Positions 12,840 to 26,745 of a DNA stretch of 64,000 nucleotides are shown here, piece after piece (the stretch's first letter is position 1; the number at the start of each line of letters is the position of its first letter). The translations under genes were made by a program, and so were the position numbers. This DNA comes from Octopus vulgaris (lineage: Eukaryota): positions 84,754,001 to 84,818,000 of the forward strand of contig OX597816.1 in NCBI GenBank assembly GCA_951406725.2, read 5' to 3'. The notes below the pieces were generated by a model. The model made no database searches, had not been told where the DNA came from, and saw only the letters and a list, made by a program, of their open reading frames with translations.

Positions 12840-14023
12840 GCAATGGGAACCCGAGCTGCTCCAGGGATTGCGAACATTGTAATGGGTTACGTAGAGCTTA
12901 AAATATATCAACCAGCACTACAGAAATATGGCACCTCATTTCAATGCTATGTAAAGGTGAACTGGAATAAGTATTTGGACGATTGCGTTATACTTTGGAA
13001 AGAAAGCATGGACAAACTCATCGATTTCAAAATAATGCTTAACAATATTAATAGCAAAATACAATTCACCATGGAGCACATCAGTAAACAACTCCCTTTT
13101 CTTGACATCCTAATTAAAATAGTCAATAAACACATCGAAACAGACATCTTCTATAAACCCACAGATTCAAAACAATACCTATTATTCAACTCATGCAACC
13201 CCAAAAACATAAAAAAATAATATACCTTATAATCTAGCGAAAAGAATCTGTACCATAGTTTCGGACACCAATACTCGTGAACAAAGACTCCTTGAACTCA
13301 GATCAATACTAATCAAAAGACATTACCCATTATCATTAATAAATGATGCCATTAAACAATATAAGGAAATAGATATACGAACATTAAGGGAAGTCAAACG
13401 AAATACTAAACCAGACTTAAAAATACTCCCCTGCATCTCCACACATAACCCTAAAAACAACGAAGCTTTTAACATTATCATCCAAAATCTACCCATCCTC
13501 ACAGGAGATAAAACAATGAACAAAGTTTTAGGCTCACGCAAAATTATCAAAAGCAAAATGCGACCCAAATCATTGAATAAATATTAACCAGTGCAAGACT
13601 ATATCCATTAACAACAGAACCAAATGTGAAAAAATGTGGTCTACCTAACTGTGGTACATGCCCCTACCTTTTGGAGGGTTCGGAGTTCCACTTTAAACAA
13701 GGTTAAATATTTAAGATTAAATGAAATTTCACCTGTGCCTCGGTAAATCTAATCTATGCCATTACATGCTTAGGGTGTGGTAATATCACAGGAATATCAC
13801 TCCGTTGAAGAACAGGAATATCACTCTGTCGAAGTACCGCACTCCACAAAGAACAAATCCGCCACCCACAATTCAGACAGAAAAGTGTGCTTGGAACCTT
13901 AATCCTAATTTCCTAATTTTCCCCTTCTATCAATGTTCAGAGAACAACTCAGTGCAACAAAGAATGAATAAAGAGGCAACTTTCATCAATAAATATCTTC
14001 CACATCTCCATATGAGCACATAA
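12836..14023 (+). mobile_element. 5'-truncated, pseudogenised Penelope-like retroelement (RT thumb, Cys-rich linker, GIY-YIG endonuclease)
   Basis: [44 protein letters not shown]; after a frameshift IPYNLAKRICTIVSD; KKCG.PNCGTC linker; FTCASVNLIYAITC.GC; several stops and frameshifts. Confidence 0.92.
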
Positions 14024-14444
14024 AATAATACAGAACACTACTAACATTTCAATTATTACCACTAACCCCCATACATCCCATACACCATTCACATTACAGA
14101 TCTATATTTACTCTAATTGCACCAAATCCAGAACTACTTACCTCCCTTACTCATAATCTTTTTACTCAGGGAGTATACCTGACACCGTTCAGTAATCGGT
14201 GTGCATTCAAAGCAATGATTAGTAATTTTATGAAACCATTATGCTTCGAAATCTCTTTAACAATTCACAATAATGACTTTTATTACTTTTATTCCTACCT
14301 CAGTTCATCTAACTGTACATATCTATCGTTATTTCCATAAAAAGCCTTAACTTTTTTTTATTTCTAATGTGCATTTTCGCTTTTTTTCTTACTTTCCTTT
14401 TACATTTCCACGTGTAGTTACTATTTTCTTTTTGTAACATATTT

Positions 14445-15075
<631 letters not shown>

Positions 15076-15159
15076 TCTTGAGATACCTTGTTGTATGCAA
15101 TATACAATACATACAGTATATTGCATGCGATATACAATATCATCCGAAAAGTAAGGCTA

Positions 15160-15530
15160 TTCTGAAATAAATATAGTGAACCCCTTTATTATTGAATACA
15201 TGCATAAACATCATCAGTAGTGATGCTGGTGGAACATGCCTATCAAACCTTCTACTTAGTGCAAAATATACCAGTCAGGATATTGTTGTTTATGAGTGAT
15301 ACGTAATAGCATGTACTGTCATAAAAGTCAGGTGCTCTGCTGATGCGAACATTTCTCAAAAAATCAAAGAGATAGAGCATAACTACAGACAACTGGCTCA
15401 AAACCATCAACGTTTATATCCAGATTATGAATCAACATTTATGGCAATAATAATTGGTGCACTTGATTTAGTGAGCAAATGATTAAGAGATAATCTGGAA
15501 AGTCTAGGATTTTCAGAAAATTCAATGAGG
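15160..15530 (+). mobile_element. R2-superfamily (R4-like) LINE fragment, restriction-like endonuclease region
   Basis: WWNMPIK, DIVVY, RCSADANISQKIKE.EHNY..L.....RLYPDY....AIIIGAL.LVSK.LRDNLESLGF. Confidence 0.7.
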
Positions 15531-15577
<47 letters not shown>

Positions 15578-15804
15578 ACACACACACAAACACACACACA
15601 CACGCACACATACAACACACACACACACACACACATACATCTAAAAAAATCGGTAAGTGGAACAATGAAAATATGACTGAATTTTCTAAACTGTACATGT
15701 ATGGTTGTTTTGTTTCCTACATTCCAACGAGATAGCATTGTCAAAAACAGCTACTTCTTCATAGAAAAACTTCAAATGATTAAAAGCAGAAGAGAATGCA
15801 CATA

Positions 15805-16361
15805 CCGTGTTACCCCGAAAATAAGACCCGACCCTATATTAATTCTGCATTCATAAAGAAAAAAAAAAAAAAAGAAGGACTATGGCTTATTTGCGCCATT
15901 TTCCAACTCCGAAAATAATGGTTGTCGACTTGATCCACACTTGCGCTTCTTAGCAGTTCTCTCATCCACCTGTCTGCTGAGATTATTGTACCCTGCTCGC
16001 CATTTTCGAACCAATCGGAGATCCAACATCTTCTCCTTACAGAAAGCCATACGATTCTTATGTGAATCTTCTACAATTCCTTTCTTGTACTCCACGGAAT
16101 AACTCTCTCTTTTTGCACTCGTCTTGTCTGGGGAACGAGGGAGTCAAGCCAAGGGAGTCAACTCTGTGCATATGCGCTTAGTAGAGACTTTAGCCAAGCT
16201 ACTGTAGTTGGTTTATTTTGCAAACATCGCATGGTTTTGCTAACAAGCTGATGTACTTTTGAATAGGTCTTATTTTCATGGTGAGTCTTATATTTAAAAC
16301 ATCCTAAAAAATCATGGTAGGGCTTATTTTTAGAGTAGGTCTTATTTTAGAGGAAACGCGG
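15805..16361 (-). mobile_element. Internally deleted pogo/Tc2-type (Tc1-mariner superfamily) DNA transposon
   Basis: Left TIR CCGTGTTACCCCGAAAATAAGACC; right end reverse-complements to CCGCGTTTCCTCTAAAATAAGACC; TA TSD at 15803-4 and 16362-3; minus strand encodes a pogo-type HTH N-terminus SAKRESYSVEYKK.IVE...LDLRLVRKWR...GSSRQPLFSELE. Confidence 0.9.
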
Positions 16362-16672
16362 TAATGTTTTTTATCATTTAAATTCCTCCTCTAAATAAGG
16401 AGCTGGTTTCTAACAAAGATACAAAGCCCCATCTTCGGAATGTAGATAACGAAAACAATCTCATATTTATACCCGAGAAGAGTCTTGCATAGTTTTACTG
16501 TTCCGCTCACAGATTGTACTTGTAATGTGCGAATCAAATGTGAGCCAACAGCCATCCTGCACGTGGGCTAGCATATATTTGAGCTGGTTCAAGACGGTAG
16601 CAATGGAAGATATACCGTGCTTTCGTGTTCGAGTCGAACGTCCACGTGTAACGTGGCGTAGAACAAAAAGGA

Positions 16673-16892
<220 letters not shown>

Positions 16893-16894
16893 TA

Positions 16895-18586
16895 CTAGCA
16901 TTATGACCCGTCGTTGCCGGGTCATAGTGCTAGTGCATGTATATATGTGTATATATATGTGTACATATTACATGTACATCTATATATATATATATACATC
17001 TACACATAAAATACAAAATACAAAGTTATATCTTGATATCGCTAGTGATAACAATACTCAAAATATATAACAGACTGGAATTGTAGGCTCGTCTCTTGCA
17101 ATTTCGATCAATTGTATCTTGTTCTCCCTTTTGTATAGAAGTGTGGCTACAATCCAGCCTACCTCTACCTCTGGGGGGTGGGGGCATTTTAAATTTTTAT
17201 CCGGGACGTCCTACGTCCCAGATATAAAGGTGAAAATAAAATATTTCCACTTTGCAATGTTCGAGTCGAGTACTCCCTTGTACGCTCCGTTAACTCGAAA
17301 CTTGCTTCTATTGTGGCGAATTTACCGCCTCTGGTTAGATATCTTTCATAGTCGCACCAAGACACTTTTCGATGGTGCTTTCCTCCAGGTGTTCAAATCT
17401 TTTATTTTCTCTACACTGTTTACTTTATAGACAATAGTCTTTTCTTTAATTTCATTTTTTATTTCGTTTGGTGGTGTTATTCTAGATTCACCGTCTTTGT
17501 CGGTGATCAATCCGAAATAGGTTTGTATTTCTTCCATTTTAATTTTAATGAGTTCGGGCCCGCCGACGGCTGCAGCGAAATTCATTTTTGGACTTTCTTC
17601 TATCGAAGGCATTCTAACAAAAATGCTTCCGTATAAACGGTGAAAATATTGTCAATTTCCCCAAACAGGGACACAATTCAATTTTTAAACAATAACCAAA
17701 GCTCCTTCTCCCAAAGGGGGAGGATTACAGTTTACAATTATTTAACAAATGCAACACAACACCGTTTCCCTTACGAGGAACCAACAAACGTGATAACAAT
17801 AGTTAAACAGTAATAATAATAACAACAAACCTTACGGTTAATCAAAAAGCAGTACGCAGTTGAAGCTATAGTCCTTTATGTATAAGAAATAAACCAACAG
17901 CAGTACTCAGTAGAAGCGGTTGTTCGAGAAAACAGACATTACATACAGCCAAACTTCATATAGATACTTAATGCTAGCTAATTAGCAGATAATCTAATGT
18001 AAAAGTTGTGGTAAACGGTATGTGCACAGCTCCATCTGGACTATTCCATTTCTGCACTCTAATTTTATTATTAATTTATTCCCATTCATGTGAAACCACT
18101 TATTCAAGTTCAAGTCATTGACGCAATTTTATACCAATTACTATTTTTACGTTTGTTATGTTACGATTATATTATACTTTAGTTTGATTTTAATTATTAC
18201 TTACTACATATAATTCAATTGTTATTATTATCTCTAATTTTTATTTAAAGTATCTGATATAAAATAGAGAAATGTTTTTGTTTCACTTTTAACATGTAAT
18301 ACTGAAATAGTGGAGAAGATATGATATTTCTATGGCCTCGCCCTAGGCAAGAAGTTGCACATTTTTTTGCCCATGAAACTACATGGACCCTAAGTAAGGC
18401 ATGTGTAAAATTTGAATGAAATTGGTTGTGCAGTTCTCAGGTTTTAGGGAATCGTAGTGGAGAAGATATGATATTGCTAAAGTTAAAAATTTGTTTTGCC
18501 GATGACAGTGTAGTTCTCAAGTTTTAGGGAAACACACAGACAGACAGACAGACAGACACACATTCTCAGTTTTATATATATGGAGA
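16895..18586 (-). mobile_element. Non-autonomous Helitron A
   Basis: Minus strand: 5' A|TC..ATATATATAAAACTGAGAATGTG(TCTG)n; 3' hairpin CCCGGCAACGACGGG then CTAG|T; 5' region homologous to 21720-22121. Confidence 0.75.
17070..17650 (-). pseudogene. L1/Tx1-like LINE ORF1 5' fragment inside Helitron A
   Basis: MPSIEESPKMNFAAAV...EIKEKTIVYKV..., then in another frame YLTRGGKFATIEASF...PLYLGRRTSRIKI.NAP.PEVEVGWIVATL, which resembles Tx1-type ORF1p. Confidence 0.5.
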
Positions 18587-20286
18587 TACTAGCAGAAATA
18601 CCCGGCGTTGCCCGAGATACATACAAATGAAGAATTAGACTTTTCTGTTATATTTTCTCTAATGAACCGGAATATCTATGTTTCGAATTTCATCAAAATT
18701 GCAGATGAGCGTTATTTCCCTCTTTACACCCCTCCACAAAAAAAATTTGTAATCGTGCCACATATATCCCATACTACTAATTTTTATGCGCATATTCCAA
18801 AATTCCAGTCTTATTGAACCTGTTAAAAAGATTTTGCTCCTGAAAAATGAAGGTCATAGAGCTCTAAAATGTGAGAGTTAAGGCCCCTGTTGGGGGTGGG
18901 CATCTTAATGTCAACCAGAGAATTTGAACTGTTGAGAATCTTTTTTACTTGGGTCTTATATCTATTGTTTGAATTTCTTTGAAATAGGAAATATATTTTC
19001 ACTGGATTTGTAAAAGAGAGCAAAGCTACAGGAAACCAAAAGACGAACGATCACGATAAGCAGTCAGTTACCCTACCGTAGTCGTTACCACTCCCAATGT
19101 AGGATCCCTCACCATCCAGGTGACAGGCACAGCCGTAAGATGCATTACGAATCTATAGCAATTGGAAGGGCGTGACCCAACTGAAATAAACATTAACAAC
19201 TGTGTGACGTGAGGGCTAAGGAGAAATGAAAGTTGGAGTTGGCAAATGACCACTATACTGATATGTAACTGGACATAATAAATTTACAATCTATAAATGT
19301 ATTTGAATAACCAGTCACTCATCTGGGAAGGCCTTGAAATCAATGTTAACATCTGGGGACAATGTGTGACCGAGTGATAATAAAAAGACTGAAAGGAGGT
19401 CTGCAATCAAATAACTTTACTCAACACTTTGCAACTGAATCAGTGGAGGTAAAGATGCCTCTCATTTACTTGACAATTTATGCATCACATTGCAGAAATC
19501 ACAATATAAGTGTATGTCAAAGCAAACTCTTACACTGTTGTACCATTGAATTACAAATAATGCGCATCTTCTATGTTCGGATGACCCCACACCTTCCAAG
19601 AGTACAACTATTCGTCTTTGCTTAGATAAAATGACAAAATTGTGGGTGTTAAGTCCCCATGGTGGGGTCTTTGTAACTTGTAAGAAGATGAAATATTATA
19701 AATATTACTTCATTTGTATTTAATATCTATAGTTAAAATTTCATCAACAGCAAACATATATGAATTGTCATGGGGTTTATGGCCCTTATGCATAGAATAT
19801 AATTTCCAAATTTCCTAAAGATCCATTCAGTACTTTTGACTTAGTTTTGGATCATAAAAGAAATGACTAAAATTTGGGAGTTAAGGCCCTCCATTAGGGT
19901 GTCTTAGAATCCTCATGTGAAGTGTAAACTTTGAGAATACTTCTTGATGTGTGTCAATTACCTATGTTTGAAATTTCATCTATATCGAAAATTTATGAAT
20001 TTTCATGGGGGGTTCTGCCCCCTTTAAGCCATCCGAAATTCAAACAACACATATTGCATTATACCCGCCCTTATGCATTGAATCTAAGTTTCAAATATCA
20101 TAAGGATCCATTCAGAAATTTTGGTCCATGAAATTGTATGAAACACACACATTACCCTTCTCCCTGGGCTTCGATTTTGTGTTCCAAATTTCATTATGAT
20201 CAGTGCAGCAGTTTTCGAATGTATAAGTAATACACGAACACATAAAGACATTGTCTTTCATATAATAAATATGAATGTACACATAT

Positions 20287-20377
<91 letters not shown>

Positions 20378-20429
20378 TGCGTGCGTGTGTGTGTGTGTAT
20401 TATATATATGTATATATATATACACACAC

Positions 20430-21540
<1,111 letters not shown>

Positions 21541-21785
21541 AATTTAAATTTAAAATAATAAGGGTGAGAAATTGAATATTAATTTGATTAATATGAATTG
21601 AAAACCAGCGGTGTAGCATATAAGACCATAGCGGATCTTCTTCTAGCAAAATGGATGTCCACTGTTAATGGTTCATCCCTCTTATATAATAGTTTGACTT
21701 TAATAGTTTCAGTATTAAAGTGAAAGTATCTGACATTACAATAGAGATATGTTTTTGTTTCACTTTTAACACGTAATACTAAAAT

Positions 21786-22080
21786 AGTGGAGAAAATATA
21801 ATATTGCTGTGGGCTCACCCTAGGCAAGAAGTTAGAAGATTCTTTTGCCCATGACACTACATGGACCCTAAGTAAGGCATGTGTAAAATGTGAATGAAAT
21901 TGGTTGTATAGTTCTCAAGTTTTAGGGATTCACAGTGGAGAAGATATGATATTGCTGTGGGCTCGCCCTAGGCAAGAAGTTAAAAAAAATTTTGTCCATG
22001 ACACTCCCTGGACTCTAAATAAGGTATGTGTAAAATTTGAATGAAATTGGTTGTATAGTTCTCAAGTTTTAGGGATTCAC
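21786..22080. repeat. Two-unit 148-bp tandem repeat within the Helitron 5' region
   Basis: AGTGGAGAA.ATAT.ATATTGCTGTGGGCTC.CCCTAGGCAAG at 21786 and 21934; related units at 18309 and 18456. Confidence 0.85.
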
Positions 22081-22683
22081 ACAGACAGACAGACACACAT
22101 TCTCAGTTTTATATATATAGATATATATATACTTTTTTCTTCAAAACGTAGAAGGAATTTTCAGTTACTTGCGAATTATTTTTCGCGTTTGTCATCTAGT
22201 GCAACAATACATAATGTATTTATCTAAATTCATGCAACTGGTTTACTTCAGTTATTTTCCTTCGTCCGTTTTATATTTAAAGTGCACACTTTGTTCATTA
22301 TAGAAAATAAACATTATTTTCTATTTTTATAGCAAAAATAAGCACCATCTTAGTTTCTTCTGTCATTTCTGATGGGTTGTCTATTAGTTTATAGAATAAA
22401 TTAAAACAGTGTGCGTATGGGCAACTATGGAAAACTTTAAAATCCACACGACGAAACCGTGGTTTTCACATTAATAGTTGTGATTGATTTAATACATAGA
22501 TGCATAAATGCATGATAAATATCTGGATAGTAAGCTTACTAGAAGAATCATTCACAAACGTATTCTTTTTCATTTTTTCACTTCGACACGTTGATAATTA
22601 GATATATGTACACTGATATTTGACCTTCTGTGAGTATGTGCACGTATGTGTGTGTGTATGTGTATGTGCACGTGTATACATAC

Positions 22684-22733
<50 letters not shown>

Positions 22734-22848
22734 TTTTTATATATATGCATACACTCGCACACACACACAATCATATATGTAGAAATATGTAGAAATATTC
22801 ATTAATATATATCTGTATATATACATATATATTAATGTATGCTGATAT

Positions 22849-22905
<57 letters not shown>

Positions 22906-23744
22906 GTGTGTGTGTGAGTGTGCGCGTATGTAAAATTATGTATCTGTGTTTGTCAGTGTGCTTGTGAATCGATTTTTTTTTATACCTTCGTTTCTTCGTT
23001 TCTACCTTTGGAAATGAGTATATATAGGTACAAAGGATTTTACGAATAAGTATATATATTATCACAGAATTAAATGTATTTATGTATATTGGTAAATAAA
23101 TTGTTTCTTTCAAACAAGTACCAATCAAAATAACGGTTTGAAATCTCAGAACAGAGATATTAATGCGAACCTTGGAAAGGTTCACACACATACACTCATC
23201 ACACGCACCTTTATTTCTTTTTATATGCATAAGTGTCCATGTGTGTGTGTATGTGTGTGAAATAAAATAATACAGAAATAACACACATTAAAAGAATATA
23301 CTGGATTACCGTGTGTCAGATAGAATGTCATGCAATATTTTTTCTGAATGTCTGAGTTCGAATCCTGTTGAGGCTATCTTTTGTTTTTTATCCTTTTGGA
23401 ATCGATAAAGAAAACGCTGGCCCGGACGGGTGGATTAGCGGAACTTTTAATGTGGTGTCTGTCCAGCTTTTTGCATTCCGAGTTATGCATTTCGACTGCA
23501 TATTACCAGCCTTGTATTTCTAGGAAACAGACATTTGGCATCCAACTAACCGTGGTGGACCTTTAAACCAAAGCGGACGACGAGTCGCTTGGAATATCAT
23601 TAAATAAAATATACGGATTTATAAGCATAAGTGCAAAAAAAATCTCGAGGAAAATATCGAAAAAAAATGTCGAATTGGCAGCGTTTGTGGAGGGTCAGGC
23701 CTATTCCTTCTTTAGGTATATTGTTATATCTTTTTGCGTACTGG

Positions 23745-24290
23745 TTAGCGGTATTTCGTCTGCCGCTACGTTCTGAGTTCAAATTCCGCCGAGGTCAACT
23801 TTGCCTTTCATCCTTTCGGGGTCGATAAATTAAATACCAGTTATGCACTGGGGTCGATGTAATCGTCTTAATCCCTTTCTCTGTCCTTGATTGTCCCCTC
23901 TGTGTTTAGCCCCTTGTGGGTAGTAAAGAAATTGGTATTTCGTCTGCCGTTACTTTCTGGGTTCAAATTCCGCCGAGGTCGACTTAGCCTTTTTTCCTTT
24001 CGGGGTCGATTAAATAAGTACCGGTTACGCACTGGGGTCGATGTAATCGACTTAATCCGTTTGTCTGTCCTTATTTGTCCCCTCTATGTTTAGCCCCTTA
24101 GGGGCAATAAAGAAATAAATACCGGATTTCGTCCATTTTTATGTTCTGAATTCAAATTCTGAAGAGGTTGACTTTGCCTTTCATACTTTCCGGTCTCGAT
24201 AAACCAGGTACCAGTTGAACACTGAGGTCGACGTAATTGACTTAACACCTTTCTGAAACAGCAGGCCTTGTGTCAAAACTTGAAACCAAT
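23745..24290 (+). mobile_element. Head-to-tail trimer of SINE family B
   Basis: Units restart at GGTATTTCGTC (about 23750, 23934, 24123); body GAGTTCAAATTCCGCCGAGGTC.ACTTTGCCTTTCATCCTTTCGGGGTCGAT. Confidence 0.9.
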
Positions 24291-24389
24291 TCAGAATGTA
24301 AAATAATAAGATAATGAGTTTTGACTGTCATACAACCGATTCTATTGTCCACCACCATAATAAAATATAGGAATTATGAATCAACAAAG

Positions 24390-24720
24390 GAACCTCTACG
24401 TCACGCTTGACCAGCAAGAAATAGCAACTAAATTTTTTTGAGCAGATTATTTTAAAGTTATTACATGACGCATTAGGAAATGTAGTTCTTGATACGACGC
24501 TAATAAACGGGATGGACACGACTGGAAAGCTTTTGATCATAGCTTTGCTCGACCTAGGTTGACCTAGTGATTATACAATAGCAACAATGATAACAACAAG
24601 AAGAATGATGTAATGTGTAGTCTAACATAAATTGTCTGAAAGGCCGGGTTGGTCAAGGTTAGAATGCTCTTGATTATAGGTCTGTTCGATCATGGCTGAC
24701 CAGAAGCTAGACGAAAATAA
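24390..24720 (+). repeat. Decayed copies of an unclassified dispersed repeat (related pieces at about 45750-45960 minus, 57700-57890, 63160-63270)
   Basis: Shared GAAATAGCA.C.AAA ... TTTGATCATAG.T.TG.TCGA.C..GG.TGACC motif ending in (AAC)n. Confidence 0.45.
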
Positions 24721-25505
24721 GAAGATTAACAACAACAACAACAACGACGACAGCAACAACAATAACAGCAGTAGCAGCAGCAACAACAACAACAACAACG
24801 GTGCCGACGACGACGAGAGCAACGATAGCATGTGGATTGTGCATCTTTCAGACCACAGAAGTTGAAGCAATTAATTCTATTTATCGCACCATTGCGCAAA
24901 GTAAATAGTTATTTCTCAGATTGTTTATATTTTTATGAGTGTGTAAGGTGATACATGTGTGTGCGTGCGTGTATGTGCGAGTGTGTGAGAGAGAGAGAAA
25001 GAAAGAAAAAGAGAGAGAGAGAGAGAGGTAGGGAAAGAGGATGAGAGACGCAAAACTTGCATGCAACAGCAAAAACAGAAAAAATGGCTAAATATTGGGG
25101 AAAAAAAGAAGGTACCTATAACATTATTTTGAAAATATTTTCTGTAGCTCGCGGTGCACTTCAGAGCAAGTAATTATATTTTGGGGCGCAGTGTAACAAT
25201 AAAATCAAAACATTCATTTAAAAACACGTATTTATACATCTTTAATATAATGAAACCAAGATAAATAAAAAACTGTAGGAGATTATTAAATATTTACTTA
25301 TTTATTCAATAAATAACGTATAGCTATCAATAAACATTATAATTTTTCCGTCTTTTTTCCATGATTAGCAGCATTTTATTACAAGTATACCTTCATTCAA
25401 TTTCCAGCTCATTGAAATCTCAATTCATATAAATAAGTCGTAAACTTAACAAAACTAATTATTATTATTTTTTTAATCATTATCATTACTACTATTAATA
25501 CGCAA

Positions 25506-25785
25506 GGCGGCGAGCTGGCAGAATCGTTAGCACGCCGGGCGAAATGCTTAGGGGTATTTCGTCTGCCGCTACGTTCTGAATTCAAATTCCGCCGAGGTCA
25601 ACTTTGCCTTTCGTCCTTTCGGGGTCGATAAATTAAGTACCAGTTACACACTGGGGTCGATGTAATCGACTTAATCCGTTTGTCTGTCCTTGTTTGTCCT
25701 CTCTATGTTTAGCCCCTTGTGGGTAGTAAAGAAATAGGTACTTCGTCTGCCGCTACGTTCTGACTTCAAATTCCGCTGAGGTCGA
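25506..25785 (+). mobile_element. Full SINE-B plus a truncated second unit
   Basis: GGCGGCGAGCTGGCAGAATCGTTAGCACGCCGGGCG head ... CCCCTTGTGGGTAGTAAAGAAATAGGTA|CTTCGTCTGCC. Confidence 0.92.
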
Positions 25786-26070
25786 ACAACTTTTGTCTTG
25801 AGTAGGATGAATCTGGTTATCAGCCGAGTCCATTTTGAGGATCGCCCGGCCGCCTTCGTTTGGCTGGGAGAGAAAGGTAGTTTTCCTCTGCCTGGTGGCT
25901 ACAGCAAAAGCGGTAGTATGGTGAACGAGACTAAAAGGACTGAAGATAGACACTGTCCTCTTCAGCCGAGCCCTCATCGACCTTTTCGAGTTCCACTAGA
26001 AAAGGAAAGTGAGGGTAGAGAGAGAAGTACTCCCCCGCTCAATAATTTTGTGGCCAATAAAGAAAGGATT
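25786..26070 (+). mobile_element. L1/Tx1 ORF2 C-terminal fragment fused to SINE-B
   Basis: VEQLLS.VG.IWLSAESILRI..PPSF....VVFLCLVATAKAVVW.TRLKGLKIDT..FSRALIDLFEFH.KRKVRVEREVL, ending in TGTGGCCAATAAAGAAA. Confidence 0.75.
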
Positions 26071-26259
26071 ATTATTATCATTATAAGGTGACGAGCTGGC
26101 AGAATCGTTAGCACGCCGTGCGAAATGCCTTTGTTATGATTTTCGTATTTGTTTACGATCCTGGAATCAAAAGAACATGATGGATCAATTAGTAGGTAAC
26201 CTAACTTTTCCTCATCAATTATTGTTATGTTTGGTCTATTATTCTCTAGCTTCTTGTCC

Positions 26260-26675
26260 GTTTGAATAGGGAAGTCCTACAGAACCTTACAATTCTCCTC
26301 ATTGGCTTTTTCAAGTTCCACTTGAAAAGGAAAGTGAAGGTAGATAGGGAAGTACTCCCCCACCCGAGTAATTTTGTTGAAAGTTGGGTGAATATTTTAA
26401 AAATTGTACGTGTGAATGGGCCTACCCTGAATATTCGCCTGTAAGCCTGCTCAGCGCAGTAGAGGGGAAGAGGTGTGCCTAGCTGGCGTGCCCTTGGCAC
26501 TCGGGGTGACTGCTTATTTGGCCCTAGGTGGAATTCCCCGCTATTGGGAAATTTTGTTAGATATTTTTTTAAACTGGTTTTGCTTTTTATTGTTTACACG
26601 ATTTCTGCTTTAAACCGCACTTGTTCCTTGTTTTGTATTGTTCCTATATAGTTTTAGAGTTCGGCCCTTGTGGCC

Positions 26676-26728
<53 letters not shown>
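26260..26728 (+). mobile_element. L1/Tx1 3' end (ORF2 terminus, 3' UTR, (TAA)n tail)
   Basis: LIGFFKFHLKRKVKVDREVL...FVESWVN...stop at 26444; UTR ends GGCCCTTGTGGCCAATAA(TAA)n. Confidence 0.75.
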
Positions 26729-26729
<1 letters not shown>

Positions 26730-26745
26730 TATTATTATTATTTTA

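Noticed and set aside
12843-13220. Possible functional or domesticated reverse transcriptase gene
   Set aside because: 5'-truncated, with frameshifts, stops and a lost YIG motif; a dead Penelope copy.
23745-24290. Regularly spaced repeats resembling a CRISPR array
   Set aside because: Whole units of about 187 bp are repeated with no unique spacers; eukaryotic SINE multimer with no cas genes.
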